A DNA stretch of 33,506 nucleotides from an uncultured Synergistaceae bacterium (lineage in GTDB: Bacteria > Synergistota > Synergistia > Synergistales > Thermovirgaceae), in assembly GCA_964486375.1 (NCBI GenBank), contig CAZAMZ010000001.1:1-33506 (forward strand). Reading direction: 5' to 3'. Positions 9,754 to 18,221 of the stretch are shown here, one piece after another (positions within the stretch are counted from its first letter, which is position 1; each line of letters begins with the position of its first letter). The position numbers and the translations under genes are program-made. The notes under the pieces are model-generated. The model was given only the letters and a program-made list of their open reading frames with translations. It searched no databases and was not told where the DNA came from.

Positions 9754-10676
9754 TTGACTTTTCCCTCCATGGGCCTTCCTGAAAAATGAAAGGCCCTGAG
9801 TTTTGCGCTTCTGGATCTCCGGTTTTCCTCGAGTTCCTCCTGCCCGGGAGTCAGGGGTTTTCTGAATGGCATTTTTCCCAGCCCTCCGGAACTCCATTCC
9901 CTGAATTTGTTTTTTACAATACGGTCTTCAAGAGAGTGGTAGCTGACCACTATTACTGCCATTCCTCTATCGTTAAGGCCATTGCACTGTTCTAGTGCAT
10001 CCTCCAGTGCATTAAGCTCATCATTAACGGCTATCCTCAGGGCTTGAAAAACCTTTCTTGCAGGGTTTCTCCCCATCTTCCTCTGAACGGGTGCAGGAAG
10101 GGTTTCCCGGATCACACTGACAAGTTCTGATGTGCTGGTTACAGGGCCGGATCGCTCCCTGTACCTGACGATCCCCCTGGCGATCTGCATTGCGTAGGGT
10201 TCCTCGCCATATTTCCTGAAAATTGCCGCCAGGTCCCTCATTCCGTAGGTGTTTACTATCTCTGCGGCAATTCCCTGCTGTTCATCGGTCATGTTCATTC
10301 GCATGTCAAGTGGACCATTTTCCTGAAAGGAGAATCCTCTGTCAGGTGATTCTATCTGCATGCTTGAAACACCAAGGTCGAAAAGTACAGCATCGGGTTT
10401 GCCCATACCGGATTCCTGAAGGAGGCTCGAAAGATCCCGAAAATTTCCGTGTATTGCCCTGAAACGGTCTCCAAAATCAGATAACCTTCTTTTTGCTACC
10501 TCGATTGCCTGTGGATCCTGATCGATGCCAAGCACCGCTACCTTCTGCCATTTGTGCAGGATCCCTTCGGAGTACCCTCCCAGACCAAGAGTGGCATCAA
10601 CGATCAATCTTTTGTTATCAAGATCCTCGAGCAACCTGCAGACTTCGGGAAGCATGACAGGAATGTGCACGCTCAT
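9750..10676 (-). CDS. rsmH: 16S rRNA (cytosine1402-N4)-methyltransferase RsmH (MraW)
   Basis: 308-aa ORF MSVHIPVMLPEV...DATLGLGGYSE...DLGVSS...SYHSLEDRIVK, which are canonical RsmH motifs. ATGA overlap with mraZ. Confidence 0.95.
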   Translation of the reverse strand: MSVHIPVMLPEVCRLLEDLDNKRLIVDATLGLGGYSEGILHKWQKVAVLGIDQDPQAIEVAKRRLSDFGDRFRAIHGNFRDLSSLLQESGMGKPDAVLFDLGVSSMQIESPDRGFSFQENGPLDMRMNMTDEQQGIAAEIVNTYGMRDLAAIFRKYGEEPYAMQIARGIVRYRERSGPVTSTSELVSVIRETLPAPVQRKMGRNPARKVFQALRIAVNDELNALEDALEQCNGLNDRGMAVIVVSYHSLEDRIVKNKFREWSSGGLGKMPFRKPLTPGQEELEENRRSRSAKLRAFHFSGRPMEGKVK

Positions 10677-11098
10677 AACCCCTCAACCTCTTCCGCGATG
10701 TCGGGCAGGTCCTTCCGCACATTTTCAAGATACGTATTCCAGGAGCTGGAATCCCAGAGCTCTATATGGTCTCCGACGCCAATTACGCTTACTTCCTGGT
10801 CCAGTTTTGCATGCAGACGAAGGTTTGAAGGAATCAGAACCCTTCCTGAAGAGTCGAACTGGATCTCGTGAGCCGTGGCGAGAAGGACCCTGAGAAAATC
10901 CCTTGTCCTTCCCTTTGAAAAGGACATCTGCTGAAATCTTTTCAACAGATCTTGCCATCTGTCAGAGGGATAAACCGATACACACTGGTCGATCCCGACG
11001 GTAGCGACAGCGCTATCGCCGAGTTCTTCGCGGAACCTTGACGGAAGTACTATTCTGCCTTTATTGTCAAATTTATGTTCGTAGGTTCCCACTAACAT
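10673..11098 (-). CDS. mraZ: Transcriptional regulator MraZ
   Basis: 141-aa ORF MLVGTYEHKFDNKGRIVLPSRFREEL with a second SpoVT/AbrB-like repeat (QFDSSGRVLIPSNLR). It is the first gene of the dcw operon. Confidence 0.95.
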   Translation of the reverse strand: MLVGTYEHKFDNKGRIVLPSRFREELGDSAVATVGIDQCVSVYPSDRWQDLLKRFQQMSFSKGRTRDFLRVLLATAHEIQFDSSGRVLIPSNLRLHAKLDQEVSVIGVGDHIELWDSSSWNTYLENVRKDLPDIAEEVEGL

Positions 11099-11109
11099 GG
11101 GATTTGCCT

Positions 11110-11144
11110 CCCATTTCTTGCCACCTTATGCCACTTTGCTCCAC
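11110..11144 (-). promoter_or_regulatory. MraZ operator: four direct GTGG-type repeats at exact 10-nt spacing, just upstream of mraZ
   Basis: The minus strand reads AAAGTGGAgcaaAGTGGCataaGGTGGCaagaaATGGGAGG. The pentamers lie at 11140..11144, 11130..11134, 11120..11124 and 11110..11114, and the last overlaps the GGGAGG ribosome-binding site. This matches the known MraZ-box architecture of GTGG-containing repeats with 5-nt spacers. Confidence 0.65.
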
Positions 11145-11233
11145 TTTAGCATTATTATTAACCTGTTTATAGACCTGGAGTCCTTATTAGATAGATTGTT
11201 CTGGGTCCTTGGGACTATCTTTTACACTTCGCA

Positions 11234-11269
11234 ACAAAAAAGGAGCGCATCATTGATAGATGCGCTCCT
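11234..11269 (-). terminator. Intrinsic terminator downstream of rnpB
   Basis: An 11-bp perfect stem (AGGAGCGCATC / GATGCGCTCCT at 11241..11251 and 11259..11269) with a 7-nt loop. It is followed on the minus strand by a T-run (plus-strand A-run 11236..11240) and lies about 17 nt past the RNase P RNA 3' end. Confidence 0.7.
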
Positions 11270-11286
11270 GCATTTGCGTTTTTTAC

Positions 11287-11708
11287 GGGAAGCAGCCCTT
11301 AAGCCGGGTTCTGTGTGAAGCGGTCATTTGTCTAGGAACCGGCTTGCGCCGGATCTCAAGCGACCGTACCCGAGGGTCGGCGGGCAGCCTCATCCCCTCC
11401 TATTCGGTCTTGCTCCGGGCGGGGTTTGCCTAGCCTGCCGGTCACCCGGCAGCTGGTGGGCTCTTACCCCACCTTTTCACCCTTACCCGGCACTCACTTG
11501 ATCTTCTGGAGCAAGGGATACACTGATCGCTTCTCTTATAGCTGAAGTTATCAATGTAGCGCCAAAAAATTGAATGAGTGCCGGGCGGTATGTTTCTGTG
11601 GCACTTTCCTTGGGTTCACACCCACTGGGATTTCCCCAGCGCCCTGCCCTGTGGAGCCCGGACTTTCCTCTCCCCCGAAAGGGCAGCGACCGCATGAGCT
11701 CCTTCCCG
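11287..11708 (-). ncRNA. rnpB: RNase P RNA, bacterial type A
   Basis: The minus strand contains the universal blocks GAGGAAAGTCCGGGCTCCACAGGGCAGGGCGCTGGGG, GGTAAGGGTGAAAAGGTGGGGTAAGAGCCCACC and ACAGAACCCGGCTTA. The 5' CGGGAAGGAGCTC and 3' GGGCTGCTTCCCG ends can pair as P1. End coordinates are accurate to within a few nt. Confidence 0.9.
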
Positions 11709-11755
11709 CAGTATAACAGTCTATCATCTTTAACAAATTTTTGCTGCAGCCAGAT

Positions 11756-11780
11756 AAAAAAAGGGCGACCCAGGCCGCCC
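11756..11780 (-). terminator. Intrinsic terminator after the V/A-ATPase operon
   Basis: The minus strand reads GGGCGGCCTGGGTCGCCC followed by TTTTTTT, i.e. a GC stem (GGGCG/CGCCC plus a wobble pair) and a 7-T tract. It lies about 55 nt downstream of the atpD stop. Confidence 0.6.
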
Positions 11781-11834
11781 GATTTGTCGTGTATTGTCAC
11801 TCCTGTATTTCAGAAAGTGCAAGGTGCCTGTTTT

Positions 11835-12461
11835 TCAATGGGATCGCACGATCTCCTTGATCCTCATTAGCCTGCTCAGGTTTGCTCTTTCCTGTTCGTC
11901 CAGCTTCATGGTGATGTACCTGATAGTCTCCTGGAACGATGGTATCAGGACGTGTTCAAGGGCATTGACGCGCCTCCTGGTCCTTTCGATCTCGACCGCC
12001 ATAAGTCTGAGGGCTTTCTCTTCCGCAGCCAATGAGACTAGCCCTGGGAGGAGCCTGAAAAATTTTTCAAGAGCTACATCCAGGTTACCGGTGGTGGTTC
12101 CCAATCCGTAGTTTAAAGAACTCTCACCCTCCTCAACTTCAAAAACAGGTACGATCACACTCATTATGTTCTTTCTTGATACCTTTAAGGAAAGTCCTGC
12201 TCCCGTGATCATCAGAGCCTGCTCAAGCATGGCAGGAAAAGTCTGGGCTCTTGCAAGGAGAAAACTCCTGTAGCATTCTTCCAGTTCCTTTTCGATCTTC
12301 TCCCTTAGGTCCTTGAGCCCTTTTGCTTTCTCAAGGAATGCCTTGATGAGGGCATCCTGTTTGTCCTTAAGAAGCTTGTGCCCCCTTTTGGCCACCTTGT
12401 GCCGGACCTTGAGGCGGGAGAGTTCCATCCTGTTCGGGTTCACATTAAGTAATTTGGCCAT
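11835..12461 (-). CDS. atpD: V/A-type ATPase subunit D (central stalk)
   Basis: 208-aa ORF MAKLLNVNPNRMELSRLKVRHKVAKRGHKLLKDKQDAL, the characteristic V-type D N-terminus. It is the last gene of the operon. Confidence 0.93.
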   Translation of the reverse strand: MAKLLNVNPNRMELSRLKVRHKVAKRGHKLLKDKQDALIKAFLEKAKGLKDLREKIEKELEECYRSFLLARAQTFPAMLEQALMITGAGLSLKVSRKNIMSVIVPVFEVEEGESSLNYGLGTTTGNLDVALEKFFRLLPGLVSLAAEEKALRLMAVEIERTRRRVNALEHVLIPSFQETIRYITMKLDEQERANLSRLMRIKEIVRSH

Positions 12462-12517
12462 ATCAGGTTCTCCTTGGCTTGTTTTTTCCCATTGGACACC
12501 GTGGAAAAAGGTCTCGA

Positions 12518-13912
12518 TTAACCTTTTGCTGCTTCTTTTCTGGGAAGAAGGTACTTCTCGATGTAGGCGTCCTTGACGCGCTTTAATTCCTTAACAGGTA
12601 TGAGGGTCAGCAATTCCCACCCAAGTTCGAGGGTTTCCTCGATGGACCTGTTCTCATATTCCCCCTGCCTGACATAGCGATCCTCGAAATTTTCCGAGAA
12701 CTCTGCGAAAGCCTTGTCCTCTTCTGAAAGCGCACCTTCACCCAGGATGGTAGCCAGCTCTTTTGCCTCCTTGCCCCTGGCATATGCCGCAAAGAGCTGG
12801 TTCATTAGATCTGCATGATCTTCCCTGGTCTTGCCGGCGCCAATTCCCTTGTCTTTCAGCCTTGAAAGAGAGGGCATAACATCGACCGGCGGAAAGATAC
12901 CTTTCCTGTGAAGAGTTCTGCTCAGAATTATCTGACCCTCGGTAATGTAGCCTGTAAGGTCCGGGATAGGATGGGTCTTGTCATCTTCGGGCATCGTCAG
13001 TATGGGGAACTGGGTGATGGATCCCTTTTTCCCTTTCAGTCGCCCGGCCCGCTCATACATGGTCGCAAGATCGGTATAAAGGTATCCGGGATATCCCCGC
13101 CGTCCGGGGACTTCTTTTCTGGCAGAGGAGATCTCCCTCAATGCTTCACAGTAATTGGTAAGGTCCGTCAATATTACCAGAACCTGATAATCTTTTTCGA
13201 AGGCAAGGTATTCGGCGCATGTAAGGGCAAGACGGGGAGTGGTTATCCTTTCAATAGCCGGATCATCGGCAAGGTTGACGAACATGACCGTTCTTTCTAT
13301 TGCGCCGGTCCTCCTGAAATCCTCCATAAAGAAAGATGCTTCCTCAAAGGTTATGCCCATTGCGGCAAAAACGACCGCAAAATCCTCGTGCCCTCCAAGT
13401 ACGGTCGACTGCCTGGCTACCTGGGCCGCGATCCTGTTGTGAGGCATCCCGCTTCCCGAGAAGATAGGCAGTTTCTGCCCCCTTACCATGGGGTTCATGC
13501 CGTCTATGGTAGAGATGCCTGTCTGGATAAATTCGGAGGGATAGTCCCGAGAATATGGGTTCATGGGATATCCGTTAACGTCGAGGGTCTTGTCCGGGAT
13601 GATCGCCGCCCCTCCGTCAACCGGTTCCCCTCTTCCATTGAAGATCCTGCCCAGCAGATCTTTGCTTACAGGAAGTTCCAGCACTTTCCCCATGAAAACA
13701 ACCTTGGTGCTGTCCAGGTCTATACCGGTAGTACCTTCAAAAACCTGAACAAGCGCGTTATCACGGGTTATCTCCAGAACCCTTCCCCTTCTGCGTTCAC
13801 CGTTTGCAAGTTCGATCTCGACAAGTTCGTCGTAACGCACGTCCTCGGTCTTTTGAACCACAAGAAGCGGTCCAGAAAGGTTTGATATGGTCCTGTATTC
13901 TTTAGGCAACAT
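12518..13912 (-). CDS. atpB: V/A-type ATPase subunit B (non-catalytic)
   Basis: 464-aa [22 protein letters not shown]... with the conserved B-subunit core ([51 protein letters not shown]). Confidence 0.95.
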   Translation of the reverse strand: MLPKEYRTISNLSGPLLVVQKTEDVRYDELVEIELANGERRRGRVLEITRDNALVQVFEGTTGIDLDSTKVVFMGKVLELPVSKDLLGRIFNGRGEPVDGGAAIIPDKTLDVNGYPMNPYSRDYPSEFIQTGISTIDGMNPMVRGQKLPIFSGSGMPHNRIAAQVARQSTVLGGHEDFAVVFAAMGITFEEASFFMEDFRRTGAIERTVMFVNLADDPAIERITTPRLALTCAEYLAFEKDYQVLVILTDLTNYCEALREISSARKEVPGRRGYPGYLYTDLATMYERAGRLKGKKGSITQFPILTMPEDDKTHPIPDLTGYITEGQIILSRTLHRKGIFPPVDVMPSLSRLKDKGIGAGKTREDHADLMNQLFAAYARGKEAKELATILGEGALSEEDKAFAEFSENFEDRYVRQGEYENRSIEETLELGWELLTLIPVKELKRVKDAYIEKYLLPRKEAAKG

Positions 13913-15716
13913 CGCCCATGCCCCCTTCCGGAAGCAGTTTCTCTACTTCCTTCTTCATTTGCGGGAGTAGATCGTCGATCTTTTGAAGCTCCTTTTCGTC
14001 AACGTATCTCATCCTTGCTATCTGGTCCCTTACAGGTAGAGAAAAGACTTCCTGGATGGTGGAACCCCTTTCCAGGGCATCCTTGCAAAGATGATGGAAA
14101 CTGATAATATTCCTGAGCATTCTGTATTGCTTGTCCATTGATGCAAAGGTGTCGACCTCGTGGAATGCATTCTGGTGAAGGAAATCCTCACGAAGTGATT
14201 TTGATGTCTCAAGGATCATTCTTTCCTGCCTCGAAAGAGCATCAATACCGACAAGGCGCACGATCTCCCTGAGCCTGTCCTCTTCTTCGAGAAGAGACAT
14301 GGCCTCTGTCCTGAGAGCACTCCATTCGCCATCGTAAAGGTTGTCCCAGTATTCACCCAGCGTTTCAGCATAGAGGGAATAGCTAAGAAGCCAGTTGATG
14401 GCTGGGAAATGTCTCTGGTAGGCAAGGTTTGCGTCCAGCCCCCAGAAAACTTTGGTAACCCTGAGTGTGTTCTGACTGACTGGTTCGGAAAGGTCGCCCC
14501 CCGGAGGTGAAACAGCCCCTATCGAGGTGATGGATCCCTCTCTGCCTTCAGATCCAAGACATATTGCCCTTCCCGCTCTTTCGTAGAAACTGGCAAGCCT
14601 TGTCCCAAGGTAGGCAGGATATCCCTCCTCACCGGGCATCTCTTCAAGTCTTCCGGAGATCTCCCTGAGAGCCTCGGCCCAGCGGCTTGTAGAGTCAGCC
14701 ATAAGGGCGACAGAGTATCCCATATCTCTATAATACTCTGCAATAGTGATACCTGTGTAAATACTTGCTTCTCTCGCCGCGACAGGCATGTTGGAGGTAT
14801 TTGCTATCAGAACTGTCCTTTTCATAAGAGGTTCTCCGGATCTCGGGTCCTCAAGCTCGGGGAATTCCAGCAGGACATCTGTCATTTCATTTCCACGTTC
14901 TCCGCAACCGACATAAACGACTATTTCGGCATCGGCCCATTTTGCCAGCTGGTGCTGAATGACGGTCTTGCCTGATCCGAAAGGTCCGGGAACACACGCG
15001 GCTCCCCCTCTGGACAGAGGGAAGAAAGTATCTACAACACGCTGCCCCGTCGTAAGAGGAACATTTGGAGCAAGCCTCTGCAGGACCGGCCTCGGGGTCC
15101 TGACGGGCCACCTTCTTAGCATTGCAACTTCGGTGTCATTTTCCCCGTCAGAAATGACGGCAATAGTATCTTCTACTGTGAAAGACCCGCTGTAGACCTT
15201 TTTAACCGTTCCCCTTACACCATGAGGTACGAGGATCCTGTGCTTTACCAGGACCGTTTCCTGAACTGTTCCAAGGAGATCCCCATGACCTACTTCTGCC
15301 CCTTCTTCAACGGCCGGTTCAAAATCCCACTTCTTTGACCGGTCAATGGCAGGTACGTTTATTCCTCTCGAAATGTAGGGACTTTCCGCTGCTTTTTCTA
15401 TCAGGTTCAAGGGTCTCTGGACACCGTCATAGAACTGTTCTATCAGACCGGGTCCCAGTTCAACACTTAACGGTGCTCCAGTACTTTGAACGGGTTCCCC
15501 CGGTTTCAGTCCCGAAGTCTCTTCGTAAACCTGTATGGAAGCGGTTGATCCCTTGAGTTCGATGATCTCTCCGACAAGACCAAGTTCCCCGACCCTTACA
15601 ACGTCGTACATTCCAGCGCCGCTCATTCCGTCGGCTACGACCAGCGGGCCGGAAATTTTGGCAATGGAACCGATAATTTTCTCTTTAATGGCCAATAATA
15701 TCCCCTCCGCGTACAC
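13902..15716 (-). CDS. atpA: V/A-type ATPase catalytic subunit A
   Basis: 604-aa ORF with Walker [10 protein letters not shown] and the A-subunit non-homologous insert. The track start at 15716 is a GTG. A TTG at 15693..15695, preceded by GGAGGGG at about 6 nt and giving [20 protein letters not shown], looks like the more likely start. Confidence 0.95.
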   Translation of the reverse strand: MYAEGILLAIKEKIIGSIAKISGPLVVADGMSGAGMYDVVRVGELGLVGEIIELKGSTASIQVYEETSGLKPGEPVQSTGAPLSVELGPGLIEQFYDGVQRPLNLIEKAAESPYISRGINVPAIDRSKKWDFEPAVEEGAEVGHGDLLGTVQETVLVKHRILVPHGVRGTVKKVYSGSFTVEDTIAVISDGENDTEVAMLRRWPVRTPRPVLQRLAPNVPLTTGQRVVDTFFPLSRGGAACVPGPFGSGKTVIQHQLAKWADAEIVVYVGCGERGNEMTDVLLEFPELEDPRSGEPLMKRTVLIANTSNMPVAAREASIYTGITIAEYYRDMGYSVALMADSTSRWAEALREISGRLEEMPGEEGYPAYLGTRLASFYERAGRAICLGSEGREGSITSIGAVSPPGGDLSEPVSQNTLRVTKVFWGLDANLAYQRHFPAINWLLSYSLYAETLGEYWDNLYDGEWSALRTEAMSLLEEEDRLREIVRLVGIDALSRQERMILETSKSLREDFLHQNAFHEVDTFASMDKQYRMLRNIISFHHLCKDALERGSTIQEVFSLPVRDQIARMRYVDEKELQKIDDLLPQMKKEVEKLLPEGGMGDVA

Positions 15717-15737
15717 TCTTGTCTTTTGGTGTCTACC

Positions 15738-16067
15738 TTATTTGACGGCAAAAATATCCATCCCGACAGCTCTTTCTACACTGTCCCTGATGGATTTTAT
15801 TCCGATCCCCGTGGAACCCCTGATACCGGGAACAGGGATTATGCTCATGGAGTAACTTTCGTTAACCTCTTCCACAAGCTCCAGGTTATCCCTGTAAAGG
15901 TTATCCACAAGGAAAACCACCGCATACTGGTCTTTGACAAGCTGGACAAGAAGATCCCTGAGATCATTTTCCGGTGTAAAAGGGGTTACACCTACCGCCT
16001 GGAACGGAAGAACGCTCTCAAAATCGCCGACCGCTGCCATGAGCAGCTTTCCGGATCCGTCAGACAT
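15738..16067 (-). CDS. atpF: V/A-type ATPase subunit F
   Basis: Small ORF (109 aa from the internal ATG, MSDGSGKLLMAAVGDFESVLPFQAVGV...) in the F position between C and A. The start is trimmed from 16106 to reduce overlap with atpC. Confidence 0.85.
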   Translation of the reverse strand: MSDGSGKLLMAAVGDFESVLPFQAVGVTPFTPENDLRDLLVQLVKDQYAVVFLVDNLYRDNLELVEEVNESYSMSIIPVPGIRGSTGIGIKSIRDSVERAVGMDIFAVK

Positions 16068-17088
16068 TTCGCAAAAGCCTCCTAAGCACTGAACGGTCAG
16101 CCCCATTCCCTATACCGACGAGGAGGATCCTGAGATTCTTGGCTTCGATCTCCTTCATCCAGAGAAAATGCAGTACGTTCTCTGGTGCGAAAGCACTGTA
16201 TTTGAATTTTGCAAGGACACCAGACAGGTGATCATCTATCGACCTCTCAAGGTCTACGATCAGGGAATCAAGGCCGGTATGCTCCTGGGCACCCGACAAG
16301 GTTCTCGAGACATCAGAGAAAGAAAGAAATCTTTCCCAGCCTTCAAAAGGTTCATTGATGAGGGGCAGGATCTTTTCCACCGGGACAGATCCCCCGTTGT
16401 GGAAGAAGGGCGCAGCCTGGGAGGTCTCAAACCCCATCCTCTTCAGTCTGGCAAGGTTGCGGATATTCTCGGCATCAATCCTGGACCTTACAAAAAGTCT
16501 TACACCTTCAAAGGGCATCTGGCCCGCAATTTTGATCTGAAGCGAAAAAAGGGCCTCGTCAAGTATTCTTTCTACCTGTAAAATATCGCGGGACTGATCC
16601 CAGACGGAAACACATTCGGGAACAGTCCTGTGAAACCCGAGGGGCATAAGACGGTAATCCTCGCTCTCAACGGCCATTACCATTTCCTCGACAGGGACGT
16701 TGCCAAGACCGGTCAGGAGGTCCATTCTCCTTTTCCCGCCCTGTTTCTGGACGAACAGGCCTTTGAGAAGAACCTTGATGTTGTGAACGTCGTATTGCAG
16801 GCGACAGATGGTATAGAGCCCTGGATCCGGAACGAACTTCTCCGTTTCCGAATAAACATACTGCAACTCGGCCTCTATTGCCTGGTCAAACCTTTCTTCG
16901 CTCTGCTGTTCCAGGATCCATTTCCCGTATGGTGTTTCGGATATGACCCTTATCGCAGAAGACAGATCTTCACTGTCAATAATACGTTGAAAGACACCCG
17001 GTTCAAGGAACCGGTTTTCCATGGCCCTCAATCTGGATACGGTATAACCGTAGTCAACAGTACAGGTCATTTGGAAACCCCCGTTCAT
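16060..17088 (-). CDS. atpC: V/A-type ATPase subunit C (eukaryotic d-type)
   Basis: 342-aa helical ORF (YGYTVSRLRAMENRFLEP...), consistent with NtpC/AtpC in family and operon position. ATGA overlap with atpE; an alternative ATG lies at 17068..17070. Confidence 0.88.
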   Translation of the reverse strand: MNGGFQMTCTVDYGYTVSRLRAMENRFLEPGVFQRIIDSEDLSSAIRVISETPYGKWILEQQSEERFDQAIEAELQYVYSETEKFVPDPGLYTICRLQYDVHNIKVLLKGLFVQKQGGKRRMDLLTGLGNVPVEEMVMAVESEDYRLMPLGFHRTVPECVSVWDQSRDILQVERILDEALFSLQIKIAGQMPFEGVRLFVRSRIDAENIRNLARLKRMGFETSQAAPFFHNGGSVPVEKILPLINEPFEGWERFLSFSDVSRTLSGAQEHTGLDSLIVDLERSIDDHLSGVLAKFKYSAFAPENVLHFLWMKEIEAKNLRILLVGIGNGADRSVLRRLLRNV

Positions 17089-17666
17089 TCAGTGAAGAGA
17101 CGGCGGACAACCTCTGCCTCCATGTGTTCCCTTGTCCAGCGAAGCAGGACTTCCAGGGTACAGTTGACGTAAATATCTCCTCTGCGAAGTACAAAACCAC
17201 CTGAGCCCGGAACCTTTTCTTCAGAGTACGAGAGTCTCTTGTTGTACTTTTCGTTAAAAGCTTCTACCCATTTTCCGGTAAGAATTTTGTCACCCTTCGC
17301 AAAAGAGACTTCTTCATCACCTGTAACAGAGGCTTCAGCCAGCAGCCCTTCCATAAAACTCATGTACCTTGCATCGGGGGTCTGGGAAAGCATTTTCAGG
17401 GCATTGTTGAATGTCATGTCGATCAGTTCTCTTCTTGCCCCAAGGTCAAGCTTCCTGACTTCAAGGTCGGCAACTATCTTTTTTCTCCTTCTTACTTCCG
17501 CCTCTTCGAATTTGATCTTTTCGTCGAGGCGTTTCTGGAGTTTTTCACTTTCCTGCCTTGCAGCAGCAAGTATCTCGTCGGCCTGTTCCCTGAATTTGAC
17601 GATTATCTCGTCTGCCTCTGCCCTGGCATCTGATTCTATCTTGGCCTTGATATCAGCTAAGGACAT
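17085..17666 (-). CDS. atpE: V/A-type ATPase subunit E (peripheral stalk)
   Basis: Charged coiled-coil N-terminus (SLADIKAKIESDARAEADEIIVKFREQADEIL) with a globular C-terminus. I prefer the ATG at 17664..17666, preceded by GGGGTGA, over the GTG at 17675 used in the ORF track. Confidence 0.88.
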   Translation of the reverse strand: MSLADIKAKIESDARAEADEIIVKFREQADEILAAARQESEKLQKRLDEKIKFEEAEVRRRKKIVADLEVRKLDLGARRELIDMTFNNALKMLSQTPDARYMSFMEGLLAEASVTGDEEVSFAKGDKILTGKWVEAFNEKYNKRLSYSEEKVPGSGGFVLRRGDIYVNCTLEVLLRWTREHMEAEVVRRLFTE

Positions 17667-17695
17667 CGATCTCACCCCGTCGTCTAGGATGCCGA

Positions 17696-18175
<480 letters not shown>

Positions 18176-18221
18176 TCAAGAACACTCCTCTCGTACTTGT
18201 AAAAAAATATTCAATGCCTTG

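Noticed and set aside
9754-9897. The 190-aa version of the ftsL ORF, which would overlap the 3' end of rsmH by 148 nt.
   Set aside because: The N-terminal 48 residues (MEFRRAGKNAIQKTPDSRAGG...) are basic, low-complexity sequence read out of frame from rsmH. The internal ATG at 9753 gives a canonical ATGA coupling and a normal FtsL topology.
11709-11755. An rnpB promoter using the TATACT at 11710..11715.
   Set aside because: The hexamer ends only 1 nt before the nucleotides that pair as P1, which is too close for a transcription start at the mature 5' end, and no good -35 element is present. The promoter is left uncalled; a processed precursor is possible.
11483-11870. ORFs of about 100 aa on both strands (11483..11800 minus, 11574..11870 plus, 11551..11736 minus).
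   Set aside because: They overlap the RNase P RNA gene and its flanking terminator. The RNA identity explains the conservation-like GC-rich sequence.
12908-13885. A 325-aa open reading frame on the plus strand, the longest unexplained ORF in the track.
   Set aside because: It lies entirely antisense to the highly conserved atpB. Its translation is low-complexity (Gly/Arg/Pro/Ser-rich) with no recognisable motif, and it has no ribosome-binding site or promoter context. This is the typical shadow ORF opposite a strongly codon-biased gene.
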